Origin: an uncultured Pseudomonadota bacterium
GTDB lineage: Bacteria > Desulfobacterota > Syntrophorhabdia > Syntrophorhabdales > CAYQXL01
DNA: 64,000 nt
Direction: 5' to 3'
Assembly: GCA_964651435.1 (NCBI GenBank)
Contig: CAZYVU010000004.1
Location: forward strand, 49,660-113,659
Both the position numbers and the translations under genes were made by a program. Shown here in pieces: positions 33,685-42,155 of the stretch. Below the pieces are notes generated by a model. It ran no database searches. It worked only from the letters and a program-made list of their open reading frames with translations, and had not been told where the DNA came from. Positions within the stretch are counted from its first letter, which is position 1. Every line of letters starts with the position of its first letter.

Positions 33685-34182
33685 ATGATGAAATGGTTTG
33701 CCGTTAACACAAAGCCGCGAAACGAAGACCGTGCCGCTCACAATATCGCCCAGGGCGGCTACGAGGTCCTTTCTCCACGGCTGGAAATCAGGAAGTACAG
33801 GGACGGCAGGTTTGTGCCTGTCGTTGAGCCCATGTTTCCGGGATACATTTTCGTCCATTTTGACCCCATCGACGACTTTCACAACATTAAGTACGCCAGG
33901 GGCGTCAAGACAATCGTTCATTTCGGCGAACGGATCGTGGCCCTCGACGATGCCGTCATCAGCTTCTTGCAGGCACGGCTTACCGGGGGCGTCGGCAAGG
34001 TAGAAAGAAAACCCTTGAAACGGGGTGAAAAAATTCTCATTAAGGACGGCCCCTTCAAAGGCCTCAGCGGTGTCTTCGAAAAGGAGCTGGACGGCAAGGA
34101 GCGGGTGGCCATCCTACTCGAGGGCATACAGTTCTCGGCCCGTATGGAGGTGGATCGCGACCTGGTAACAGGGGCCGATTGA
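33685..34182 (+). CDS. RfaH/NusG-paralogue transcription antiterminator
   Basis: NGN domain (WFAVNTKPRNE..PMFPGYIFVHFDP) and KOW (GEKILIKDGPFKGLSGVFE). Closer by eye to RfaH (..RGV..V.FG..) than to housekeeping NusG. Confidence 0.8.
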   Translation: MMKWFAVNTKPRNEDRAAHNIAQGGYEVLSPRLEIRKYRDGRFVPVVEPMFPGYIFVHFDPIDDFHNIKYARGVKTIVHFGERIVALDDAVISFLQARLTGGVGKVERKPLKRGEKILIKDGPFKGLSGVFEKELDGKERVAILLEGIQFSARMEVDRDLVTGAD

Positions 34183-34185
34183 TCC

Positions 34186-35607
34186 GTGAGAAGCAGAATC
34201 ATCATTAGTCTTGTCATTGGCGCCATCTGGTTTGGTTTTGCCGGGTTCAAACTTAAGCACTACTATCTGCCCCCGGCTGAGGCCACCTATGTGTCCCAGG
34301 CCTACAGGGAGAAGGTGGGCGTGAACGAGTACAATTACGGTATCTACATGAGGGACACGCGCATAGGCCACATGAAGCGCATGCTCGTGCCCACGGACAA
34401 AGGCGTGAAGATTTTCGAGGAAGGCATTATGCGGATGAGCTTTCTCGGAGAAAAGAAAGAGCTTCGCATGAACCTTTACAGCGATCTCGACAAGGATTTT
34501 CGTCTCATTGCCTTCGTTCTGCAGGTCCTTTCCGATACGGAAGACCTGACGATCCGCGGCGAGATGGCGGGCAACACCCTTGTGGTTTCCGCCATCACCA
34601 AGGACGGAAAAACGGCCCATTCCATTCCCATGACAGAGAGGCCCCTTATCCCGTCGGCCATCGTTCCCTTTCTCGTCAAGTCGGGGTACGGCGGCAAAAC
34701 AAGCCTGAGGCTTCCCGTCTTTGACCCTTCGATCCTGGGCCGGTACGACGCCGAGGTTGTGCTCGTCGGTTGGGAGAGGATAACCGTTGACAATGAGGAG
34801 GTACGGGCCTTTCACGCCAAGACCCTTTTCAAGGGCATCGAGCTCCACGCCTGGATCGACGAGTCGGGAGGCATCGTCAAAGAAGTGAGCCCCATCGGAA
34901 TCGTCGTGCAAAAGGAGCGGCCGGGCAGGGAGGCAGACTACCTCGACGTCAACCTTCTGGCCTCGGTGGAGACGACAGGATCAGTCACCGACCCCCGGAA
35001 CGCGTCCTACATGAAGGCCGAGCTGACCGGTTCAGAGGACCTCCTCAAGGTGGTGGGCCGATATCAGCGGCTTACGGGGAACGCCTTCGAGATCGAGCGC
35101 GGGCAGCTCCCGCAGGTTTCCCTTGACCCCTCGTCGCACCTGGCGCCAACGCCTTTCATCAATAGCGACGATACGGCCATACGGGCGGCCATCCCCAAGA
35201 TCGTGGCATCGAAGACAAGGCCGGTGGACAAGGCCGGCGCGCTGATGAACTGGGTGCACGCCAACATGCGAAAGGCACCCGCCTTTTCTGTGCCCGTGGC
35301 CTCCGACGTGTTCAGAAAGCGCGTCGGCGACTGCAACGAGCATGCCGTCCTCTTCGCCGCCATGGCACGGGCCGCCGGGATACCCTGTGCCATCGCCTCC
35401 GGCATGGTCTTCAACGACGGTCACTTCTACTACCACGCCTGGAACATCATATTCGTCGACGGTAGGTGGACGGACGTCGATGCCACCTTCGGCCAGCTTC
35501 CCGCCGATGCCACCCACGTAATCTTGGCCCTCGGCGACATAACGGAGGGCATCGAGGTGCTGCAGTTTGTCCGGAAATCGGCCGTCCGCATCGTGGAGGC
35601 CCGGTGA
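34186..35607 (+). CDS. membrane-anchored transglutaminase-like (cysteine protease fold) protein
   Basis: N-terminal TM segment. C-terminal core has the Cys-His-Asp contexts VGDCNEHAVLFAAMARAAGIP, YYHAWN and TDVDAT. Confidence 0.8.
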   Translation: MRSRIIISLVIGAIWFGFAGFKLKHYYLPPAEATYVSQAYREKVGVNEYNYGIYMRDTRIGHMKRMLVPTDKGVKIFEEGIMRMSFLGEKKELRMNLYSDLDKDFRLIAFVLQVLSDTEDLTIRGEMAGNTLVVSAITKDGKTAHSIPMTERPLIPSAIVPFLVKSGYGGKTSLRLPVFDPSILGRYDAEVVLVGWERITVDNEEVRAFHAKTLFKGIELHAWIDESGGIVKEVSPIGIVVQKERPGREADYLDVNLLASVETTGSVTDPRNASYMKAELTGSEDLLKVVGRYQRLTGNAFEIERGQLPQVSLDPSSHLAPTPFINSDDTAIRAAIPKIVASKTRPVDKAGALMNWVHANMRKAPAFSVPVASDVFRKRVGDCNEHAVLFAAMARAAGIPCAIASGMVFNDGHFYYHAWNIIFVDGRWTDVDATFGQLPADATHVILALGDITEGIEVLQFVRKSAVRIVEAR

Positions 35608-36314
35608 TCAGGTGTGTCGAACTCAGCAAATTCTATGGCACCGTGCGGGCCCTCGACTCCCTGAGCCTGTCCCTGGAGAGGGGCGAGATCTACGGCCTTA
35701 TAGGGCCGAACGGTGCGGGTAAAACAACAACGATGAAGCTTATCGTCGGGCTCCTCAAACCGTCCCAGGGCCGCATTTTCATTCATGGCATCGACATGGC
35801 CAAGGATCCGCTGGGGGCCAAGAGGAGGATCGGCTACATTCCCGACGAGCCATTTCTCTATGAACGCCTGACGCCTTCTGAGCTTATCGACCTGAAGGGA
35901 AGCCTTTTTGACATGGAAGAGGCCCGGACAGAGGAGAGAAAGGCCAGGCTTCTGGATATGGTCGGCATGTTGGAGCACAGGGACGCACTCATTGAGGGTT
36001 TTTCCCTGGGCATGAAGCAGAGGGTCGCCATCGCCGTAGCCCTCCTGCCGGAGCCCGACGTGATTGTCGTCGACGAGCCCCTTGTCGGCCTCGACCCGAG
36101 AGGCATGAAGCGGGTAAAGGACATCTTTCTCCATCTGGCGCAGAAGGGAACCACCGTGCTCATCTCCACCCATATGCTCAACGTGGTGGAAGAGCTGGCC
36201 CACCGGATAGGCGTTCTCGACCGGGGCAGGCTGGTGGCAGAGGGTCCGTTGGACGATCTAAGAGGGAGTGAGGACGTGAAGCTCGAGACGGTTTTCTTCA
36301 GGCTTTTCTCCTGA
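35604..36314 (+). CDS. ABC transporter ATP-binding protein
   Basis: GTG start overlaps the upstream stop. Walker A GPNGAGKTT, signature-like FSLGMKQR, Walker B VIVVDEP. Confidence 0.9.
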   Translation: MIRCVELSKFYGTVRALDSLSLSLERGEIYGLIGPNGAGKTTTMKLIVGLLKPSQGRIFIHGIDMAKDPLGAKRRIGYIPDEPFLYERLTPSELIDLKGSLFDMEEARTEERKARLLDMVGMLEHRDALIEGFSLGMKQRVAIAVALLPEPDVIVVDEPLVGLDPRGMKRVKDIFLHLAQKGTTVLISTHMLNVVEELAHRIGVLDRGRLVAEGPLDDLRGSEDVKLETVFFRLFS

Positions 36315-36320
36315 AAGGCC

Positions 36321-37994
36321 ATGAAATACGTAAAGACATACCTGCGCTTTCGGCTCCTCATGGTCCGCCACGGTCTTCGCCTGCACGGAAAGGAACTGTG
36401 GGGGTATGTGGGATTCCTCGGCTTTTTTCTCTTCGTCTCGACGAGCCTTTTTCTCCTTCTTCTCAAGGTCTTCCGCTTTTTCCGGTCCTTCGAAATCGTC
36501 GGCGATCTGGTCATCATGAAGCTCCTGGCAACGATCTTTTTCGTATTCTTCATCTTTCTCGTTTTGAGCAACATTAACAGTATTGTAAAATGGTTCTTCA
36601 CCAAAGAGGATCTGCCATTCGTTCTGACAAACCCGGTATCCGACGGGGCGTTTTTCGTCACCCGAAGCCTCGAAGCCCTCTTTGAATCCTCCTGGGCCTT
36701 TCTCTTCTTTGCCGTGCCCGTTCTGCTCGCGTACTACGGGGCTGTCGAGAGGCTCACGGCCGGCGCAGCTCTTTCCTTCCTTCTCCTCATTCCTTTTGTG
36801 CTCATCCCCCACGGCATTGCCTTTCTTCTCGTCATTCTCCTGTCCCGGTTTCTCTCGCCCCGCATCATCAAGAATACCTTCACCGTCCTTTCGCTGCTCC
36901 TCATGGGCCTTCTCATAACCATCTTCCGGGCCATCCAGATTGAAAGGCTGACGCGACCGGAGAGCTTTGCCCAGCTTTACGAATACATGCGTTTTCTCGC
37001 ACTGCCCTCTCACCCTTTTATCCCCACAAACCCGTTCCTGGAAGCCGTCACCTACCCCATCAAGCGGGGCAGCCCGGCGCTCCTCGCCGCCGACCTCGGC
37101 TTCTTTCTATCCACCGCCGCCCTTGTCCTCGTTTTGTCGTACTGGTGCCATCATTTTTTCTACGTGCAGTGCTACACCAACGTTCGGGCCGCATCTGGAA
37201 GGGTGAGGCACGACGTGCTCAAACGGCTCTTCGCGTTCCTGCCCCTGCGGACAAAGAACTTCTTCCTCAAAGACCTGAAAAACATCCAGCGGGATCCCAA
37301 AGAGTGGTCGCAGGTCTTCCTCATCCTGGCCCTCATCGTTGTTTATGTGTACAATTTCAAGCTCTTTCCCAGGGACCGGTCACCACTGCCAACGATCTTT
37401 TTGGAGAGCGTGCTGGCCTTTCTCAACATGGGGCTTCTCACCTTTGTCATTGCTGCCATATCGGTCCGCTTTGTTTACCCGGCCTTCCAGCTCGAGGGGA
37501 GGCCCTTCTGGTTCATACTCTCGGCTCCTGTGACCCCTCGCGAAATGTGCAGGAAAAAACTTGGTCTTTTTATCCCTCCCGTCCTGGTGCTGGCCCTCAT
37601 CCTCAACTACCTTTCAAACAGGTACATGTCACCGCCGCCTTTTCTCTTCTACCTATCCTTCGGATACATTCTTCTCGTCTCCTTCGTGTCTCCCCTTGCG
37701 GCCCTTTATCTCGGCACAAGGAAGATAGACTTCCATGAGACGCCAAACCCTTACGGCGGCATGGGCGGCATCACCGCCATGCTGGCCATGCTCTCTTACG
37801 CCGCAGTCAGTCTGGGACTCATGGCGTGGTCGTCGTCGTCGCTCCTGTTTTTCGTGCAAAGGAAAATCATGGTACCCTTTTCCGTACAGATGCGTGCAGC
37901 GGCCGTCTATCTCCTCATTGCCGCCGGTTCCCTGCTTCTCATGCGGTTTCTCTTTCGTGGGACGATACGGAACCTCGAAAATATTGAACTTTAG
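36321..37994 (+). CDS. large multi-pass membrane protein, putative ABC exporter permease
   Basis: 557 aa with many hydrophobic spans, 6 nt after the ATPase gene. No recognisable catalytic motif. Confidence 0.6.
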   Translation: MKYVKTYLRFRLLMVRHGLRLHGKELWGYVGFLGFFLFVSTSLFLLLLKVFRFFRSFEIVGDLVIMKLLATIFFVFFIFLVLSNINSIVKWFFTKEDLPFVLTNPVSDGAFFVTRSLEALFESSWAFLFFAVPVLLAYYGAVERLTAGAALSFLLLIPFVLIPHGIAFLLVILLSRFLSPRIIKNTFTVLSLLLMGLLITIFRAIQIERLTRPESFAQLYEYMRFLALPSHPFIPTNPFLEAVTYPIKRGSPALLAADLGFFLSTAALVLVLSYWCHHFFYVQCYTNVRAASGRVRHDVLKRLFAFLPLRTKNFFLKDLKNIQRDPKEWSQVFLILALIVVYVYNFKLFPRDRSPLPTIFLESVLAFLNMGLLTFVIAAISVRFVYPAFQLEGRPFWFILSAPVTPREMCRKKLGLFIPPVLVLALILNYLSNRYMSPPPFLFYLSFGYILLVSFVSPLAALYLGTRKIDFHETPNPYGGMGGITAMLAMLSYAAVSLGLMAWSSSSLLFFVQRKIMVPFSVQMRAAAVYLLIAAGSLLLMRFLFRGTIRNLENIEL

Positions 37995-38180
37995 GGTAGA
38001 ACTATAGAACTTTACGGCAATACGGAAGGATTAGGCCACCTCATCCGGAGGCGCCTCGAAAATCTCTACCGGAAACGCGTCGAGCCCAAGGACGTCGTCA
38101 CCGCCGACCTTTCGCGGACGATCCTCGACCTGTCAAAAGAAATATCCCGTCAGGTTGGCCTCCTCATCAACCGACGGGGC

Positions 38181-39629
38181 TTGGTGGATTACGTCATCAT
38201 CGGAGACCACGGGCGGATCCGCCTGCCCAGGCTTGCCACGGAGCGCGTCGGAAGGGCACGTTTTCGCGGCATACGGTTCATCCATACCCACCTCGGCGGC
38301 GAACTCCTGTCCAGGGAAGACCTGACGGACCTCGCCACGCTCCAGCTCGACCTCGTGGCCGTCATAACCGAACGTCGGGGTGAGGCGGGCCCCATAGTTC
38401 ACATCGGCCATCTCATTCCGCCAAACCCCCAGGGCAGGCTCTGGGACTTCGTGGGCCCCTTGAACGTCCACGACCTCGACCTCCACTTCACGGGCTTTAT
38501 TACCGAGCTGGAGGCCGAATTCGTGAGGGAGCGGGGCCGCTCGTGGGACCTCGACACAACCGGGGACCGATGCATCCTCGTCGGCGTCTTCCCGCCCGAC
38601 AGCCGGGACATGCCGGAGGAACGGATGTCGGAGTTGGCCGACCTTTGCCGCTCCGCAGGGCTTACGGTCGTTGATTCTCTGGTTCAGAAGCCGAAGGAGC
38701 TGCACCGGCAGTATCTGCTGGGAAAGGGAAAAATGGAGGAGATCGTTATCCGTTCGCAGCAGCTCGGTGTCGACCTCCTCGTTTTCGACAGGGGCCTTTC
38801 GCCGGGTCAGATGCTGAGCATCGCAACGCTGACGGAAATGCGGGTTGTGGACCGCAACCAGCTTATCCTCGACATCTTCGCAGCGAGGGCACAGACCAGC
38901 GAGGCCAAACTACAGGTGGAGCTTGCCCAGCTCAAATACATCCTGCCCCGGCTGGCGGAAAAGAACACGGCATTCTCCCGGCTTACCGGCGGCATCGGTG
39001 CCAGGGGGCCCGGCGAGACAAAGCTGGAAGTCGACCGCAGAAGGGTTCGTGACAAGATCCGGTTTTTGGAAGGAAAACTGGACGATGTGCGGAAGGTGAG
39101 GGACAAGAAGCGCGAGAGACGGCGGGCATCGCAGATTCCCATCGTCTCCATAGTGGGCTATACGAACTCGGGCAAATCAACGCTCATCAACCTGCTCACG
39201 AAGAGCACCGTCGAGGTCGAGGACAAACCGTTCAGCACCCTTACGCCCACCACCCGGCTCATCAAGTATCCGGAACGGAAAAATATCATCCTTACCGACA
39301 CGGTGGGGTTCATCAAGGACCTGCCGGCCGTGCTGGTCCGGGCCTTCATGGCCACCCTGGAGGAGCTCGATGACGCCCGCATGCTTCTGCACCTGGCCGA
39401 CCTGAGCCATCCCGATTTCGAGGAGCGGATCGAGGCCGTTGACGCCATTCTGAAAGACCTCAACCTGGGCGACAAGAAAGGGTGCCTTGTCTTCAACAAG
39501 GTCGACCGGGTCGAAAAGGCCTTTGCCGAACGCATGGAACACCGGTTTCAGGCGCTTTCCATCTCCTGCCTTACCCGGGAGGGAATCGACCGCCTCATTG
39601 CCACCCTCGATGGAGAGCTGCAGGCTTAG
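38181..39629 (+). CDS. hflX: GTPase HflX (conservative TTG start; homologous region continues upstream to 37995)
   Basis: G1 GYTNSGKST, G3 DTVGF, G4 NKVD, and an HflX N-terminal domain. The 62 codons upstream stay open and look like part of the protein but contain no ATG, GTG or TTG. Confidence 0.85.
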   Translation: MVDYVIIGDHGRIRLPRLATERVGRARFRGIRFIHTHLGGELLSREDLTDLATLQLDLVAVITERRGEAGPIVHIGHLIPPNPQGRLWDFVGPLNVHDLDLHFTGFITELEAEFVRERGRSWDLDTTGDRCILVGVFPPDSRDMPEERMSELADLCRSAGLTVVDSLVQKPKELHRQYLLGKGKMEEIVIRSQQLGVDLLVFDRGLSPGQMLSIATLTEMRVVDRNQLILDIFAARAQTSEAKLQVELAQLKYILPRLAEKNTAFSRLTGGIGARGPGETKLEVDRRRVRDKIRFLEGKLDDVRKVRDKKRERRRASQIPIVSIVGYTNSGKSTLINLLTKSTVEVEDKPFSTLTPTTRLIKYPERKNIILTDTVGFIKDLPAVLVRAFMATLEELDDARMLLHLADLSHPDFEERIEAVDAILKDLNLGDKKGCLVFNKVDRVEKAFAERMEHRFQALSISCLTREGIDRLIATLDGELQA

Positions 39630-40129
39630 GCTTCTTTCCGCTCCTCGTCAAGGAGCGACAGGAAGTAATCGCGTATCTCCGGCGCAGCGTAGCTGAAATC
39701 AAACTTCTTCACGAATTTCTCCACGGAGATGTCCTTACCCTCCCTGAAGAGCGCGTTGACCCGGGCGCAGATCTGACCGTGTCTGTCCTCGATCCAGCCC
39801 TCGGAGAGGAAATCGCGCTCCTCAACGGCCAGGAACCGTACCTTGGCCACATAGGGATGGTTGCACAGAACGGGCTTGAAATACTCCATCTCCGTCTTTC
39901 TGGTCATACAGATCTTCTTCGTGGCCATGAAGATTGCATACCAGATCATAACGTCGAGGACGCCGAAGAGCATACCCCCGTGCACCACATCCGTATAGCC
40001 CTCGAACCGGTTGTTGATGTTCATTTCGCATGAAACCAGCCCGTCCTCGTAGAGCATTGTCAGTTGCAGCCCGTCGGCCCTGTCGGGGCTGCAGAAAAAG
40101 GATTCCTTATACGCCGGCAGTACGCCCAT
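39626..40129 (-). CDS. PaaI-type hotdog-fold thioesterase
   Basis: ..GYTDVVHGGMLFGVLDVMIWYA.. is typical of PaaI-like thioesterases. Confidence 0.65.
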   Translation of the reverse strand: MGVLPAYKESFFCSPDRADGLQLTMLYEDGLVSCEMNINNRFEGYTDVVHGGMLFGVLDVMIWYAIFMATKKICMTRKTEMEYFKPVLCNHPYVAKVRFLAVEERDFLSEGWIEDRHGQICARVNALFREGKDISVEKFVKKFDFSYAAPEIRDYFLSLLDEERKEA

Positions 40130-41156
40130 GTTCTATCTCCTCCAGATATTTCACACCCAATTGCCCGCACCCCCCGAACACATCCTTGCCGCGGGAGTCC
40201 CTGACGATAGCCGTAAACCGACGGTCAACGAGATATTGATGGAACCTGTCGACAGTTGCCGGATCAGGTGCTTTGCAATCGGTGTAGGGAGATTCATTGC
40301 AGGGTATGAGGTTGATCTTGCACTTTACATCCCTCAGCAGGCGGGCCAGGGTCCCGGCGTCGTCGAGGGAGTCGTTGACGTCGCGCACAAGGACATACTC
40401 GAAGGTGACGCGCTCCCGTCTGGCCAGAGGGAAGGACTTGACAAAGTCAATGATTGCGCCTATCGGATAGAGCCTGTTGATGGGCATGAGAAAGGACCTC
40501 TTTTCGTCGTCGGCCGCATTGAGGGAGATGGCGAGCCCGGCGGCCTTCGGCTCGAGCAGGTGAAGCCCGTCCAGAAGGCCCACCGTGGACAAGGTCGTTC
40601 GCCGGTGGGAAAAGTCGAGGCCCAAAGGGTTTTTGAGGATATGCAGAGCCTGAAAGAGGCTGTCCCGGTTGTCCAGCGGCTCTCCCATGCCCATGAAGAC
40701 GATGTTGGTGATTCGTTCCTCTCCCAGGTGTTCCCGGGCGCGAACCACCTGACCGACGATTTCCGAGACGGTCAGGTTCCTGACAAAGCCTATTTTGCCC
40801 GTCACGCAAAACCTGCAACCCATTCGGCACCCTATCTGCGTGGACACGCAAAGCGTGTTCCTCTCCTTTTCGGGAATAAGGACCCCCTCGAAGACCCCTC
40901 CGTCCTGCCCCTGGAAGGCAAACTTGCGACACCCGTCCGATGAGGTCAGCACCTCTTTTACCGTTGGGAGCGCGAGGGAAAACATATCCCTCAAGAGCAC
41001 CCGAAGGCCCTTCGAGATATCGGTCATAGCCGAAAAATCGAGAACCCCCCGCCTGTATACCCACTGGTATAGCTGCCGCGCCCGGTATTTCTCGTTGCCC
41101 ATGGTGCCGATGGCCCCCTCGAGCTGGGGCAGGGTAAGGTCGAAAAAATTCTTCAC
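40107..41156 (-). CDS. rlmN: 23S rRNA/tRNA (adenine-C2)-methyltransferase RlmN (radical SAM)
   Basis: YRARQLYQWVY, CVSTQIGCRMGCRFCVTG, and C-terminal GGCGQLG. GTG start overlaps the upstream stop (GTGA). Confidence 0.9.
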   Translation of the reverse strand: MKNFFDLTLPQLEGAIGTMGNEKYRARQLYQWVYRRGVLDFSAMTDISKGLRVLLRDMFSLALPTVKEVLTSSDGCRKFAFQGQDGGVFEGVLIPEKERNTLCVSTQIGCRMGCRFCVTGKIGFVRNLTVSEIVGQVVRAREHLGEERITNIVFMGMGEPLDNRDSLFQALHILKNPLGLDFSHRRTTLSTVGLLDGLHLLEPKAAGLAISLNAADDEKRSFLMPINRLYPIGAIIDFVKSFPLARRERVTFEYVLVRDVNDSLDDAGTLARLLRDVKCKINLIPCNESPYTDCKAPDPATVDRFHQYLVDRRFTAIVRDSRGKDVFGGCGQLGVKYLEEIEHGRTAGV

Positions 41157-42145
41157 ATGGCCACCTTCTCCAGCCTTAACAACCCACAGATTCCGGCAAC
41201 GGCTATCCCACCCAGAACGGCATAGGCCTCCCAAATGCTCGCATGGACGAGAAATACGGCCAGGACACCGAGGGCGCAGCAGACGAGATAGAGGATGAGG
41301 ACCGCCTCCCGGTGGGTATAGCCCATGGCCACGAGGCGGTGGGACACGTGGTCCTTACCCGGCGTCGAGAAGGGGTTGAGCCCCCTGCGAAGGCGCGATA
41401 TGACGACCAGTGTCGTGTCGAAGATGGGAACCCCGAGGAGAACCACGGGTATCATCCACGTTACCAGGTATGTGTTTGCCGGGAACCTGAGCTTGATGCC
41501 GAGCACGGCGAGCATGAACCCGATGAAGAGGCTCCCCGAATCGCCCATGAAGATGCTGGCCGGGTTAAAGTTGTAGTAAAGAAAGCCGAGGCAGGCACCG
41601 AGCAGCGCAGCCGAAAGGCTCGCCACGAGATACTGGCGCGAGATGATGGCCAGGAGCAGGAAAAATGTGCAGATGACCGTTGCGATACCGCCGGAAAGGC
41701 CGTCCATATTGTCCAGGAGGTTGAGCGCGTTGGTGATGGCAACGATCCAAAAAACCGTCAACAGTATGTTGAGAATCTCGTAAGGAAAAAGGCGCACCTG
41801 AATTCCCGTCGCAACGAGGATGAGGGCAGCCAGAATCTGGCCCCCGAGCTTGATTACCGGTCTCAGCCTCCGATAGTCATCCCAGATGCCAAGAAAGGAG
41901 ACGAACGTGGAAGCGAGAACGATGCTGACAAGCTGGGCAAGATAGAACTGGTCGAAGATCAGAAGGGTTCCGATGCAGCCGATGTAGATGGCCACGCCCC
42001 CCAAGCGCGGCAAAGGTGTTGTATGGACTTTGCGAGCACTCGGCTCATCGACGAATCCCAGCTTGCGGGCAGCCCGCCGCACCGGGGGGATGAGCGCCAG
42101 CACAATCGCCAGGGCGCTGCCTACAATAAGGAGATAGGTGAGCAT
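41153..42145 (-). CDS. polyprenyl-phosphate sugar-1-phosphate transferase (MraY/WecA family)
   Basis: Multi-pass protein with ..ITNALNLLDNMDGLSGG.. and ..GDSGSLFIGF... Confidence 0.85.
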   Translation of the reverse strand: MLTYLLIVGSALAIVLALIPPVRRAARKLGFVDEPSARKVHTTPLPRLGGVAIYIGCIGTLLIFDQFYLAQLVSIVLASTFVSFLGIWDDYRRLRPVIKLGGQILAALILVATGIQVRLFPYEILNILLTVFWIVAITNALNLLDNMDGLSGGIATVICTFFLLLAIISRQYLVASLSAALLGACLGFLYYNFNPASIFMGDSGSLFIGFMLAVLGIKLRFPANTYLVTWMIPVVLLGVPIFDTTLVVISRLRRGLNPFSTPGKDHVSHRLVAMGYTHREAVLILYLVCCALGVLAVFLVHASIWEAYAVLGGIAVAGICGLLRLEKVAM

Positions 42146-42155
42146 GTTCGGAGCT

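Noticed and set aside
37992-37994. TAG read-through or pyrrolysine insertion producing a permease-HflX fusion protein.
   Set aside because: A polytopic exporter fused to a ribosome-associated GTPase is biologically implausible. No pyl genes are visible in the window, and an SD-like AGGG precedes the HflX-like region. A separate initiation event is more likely.
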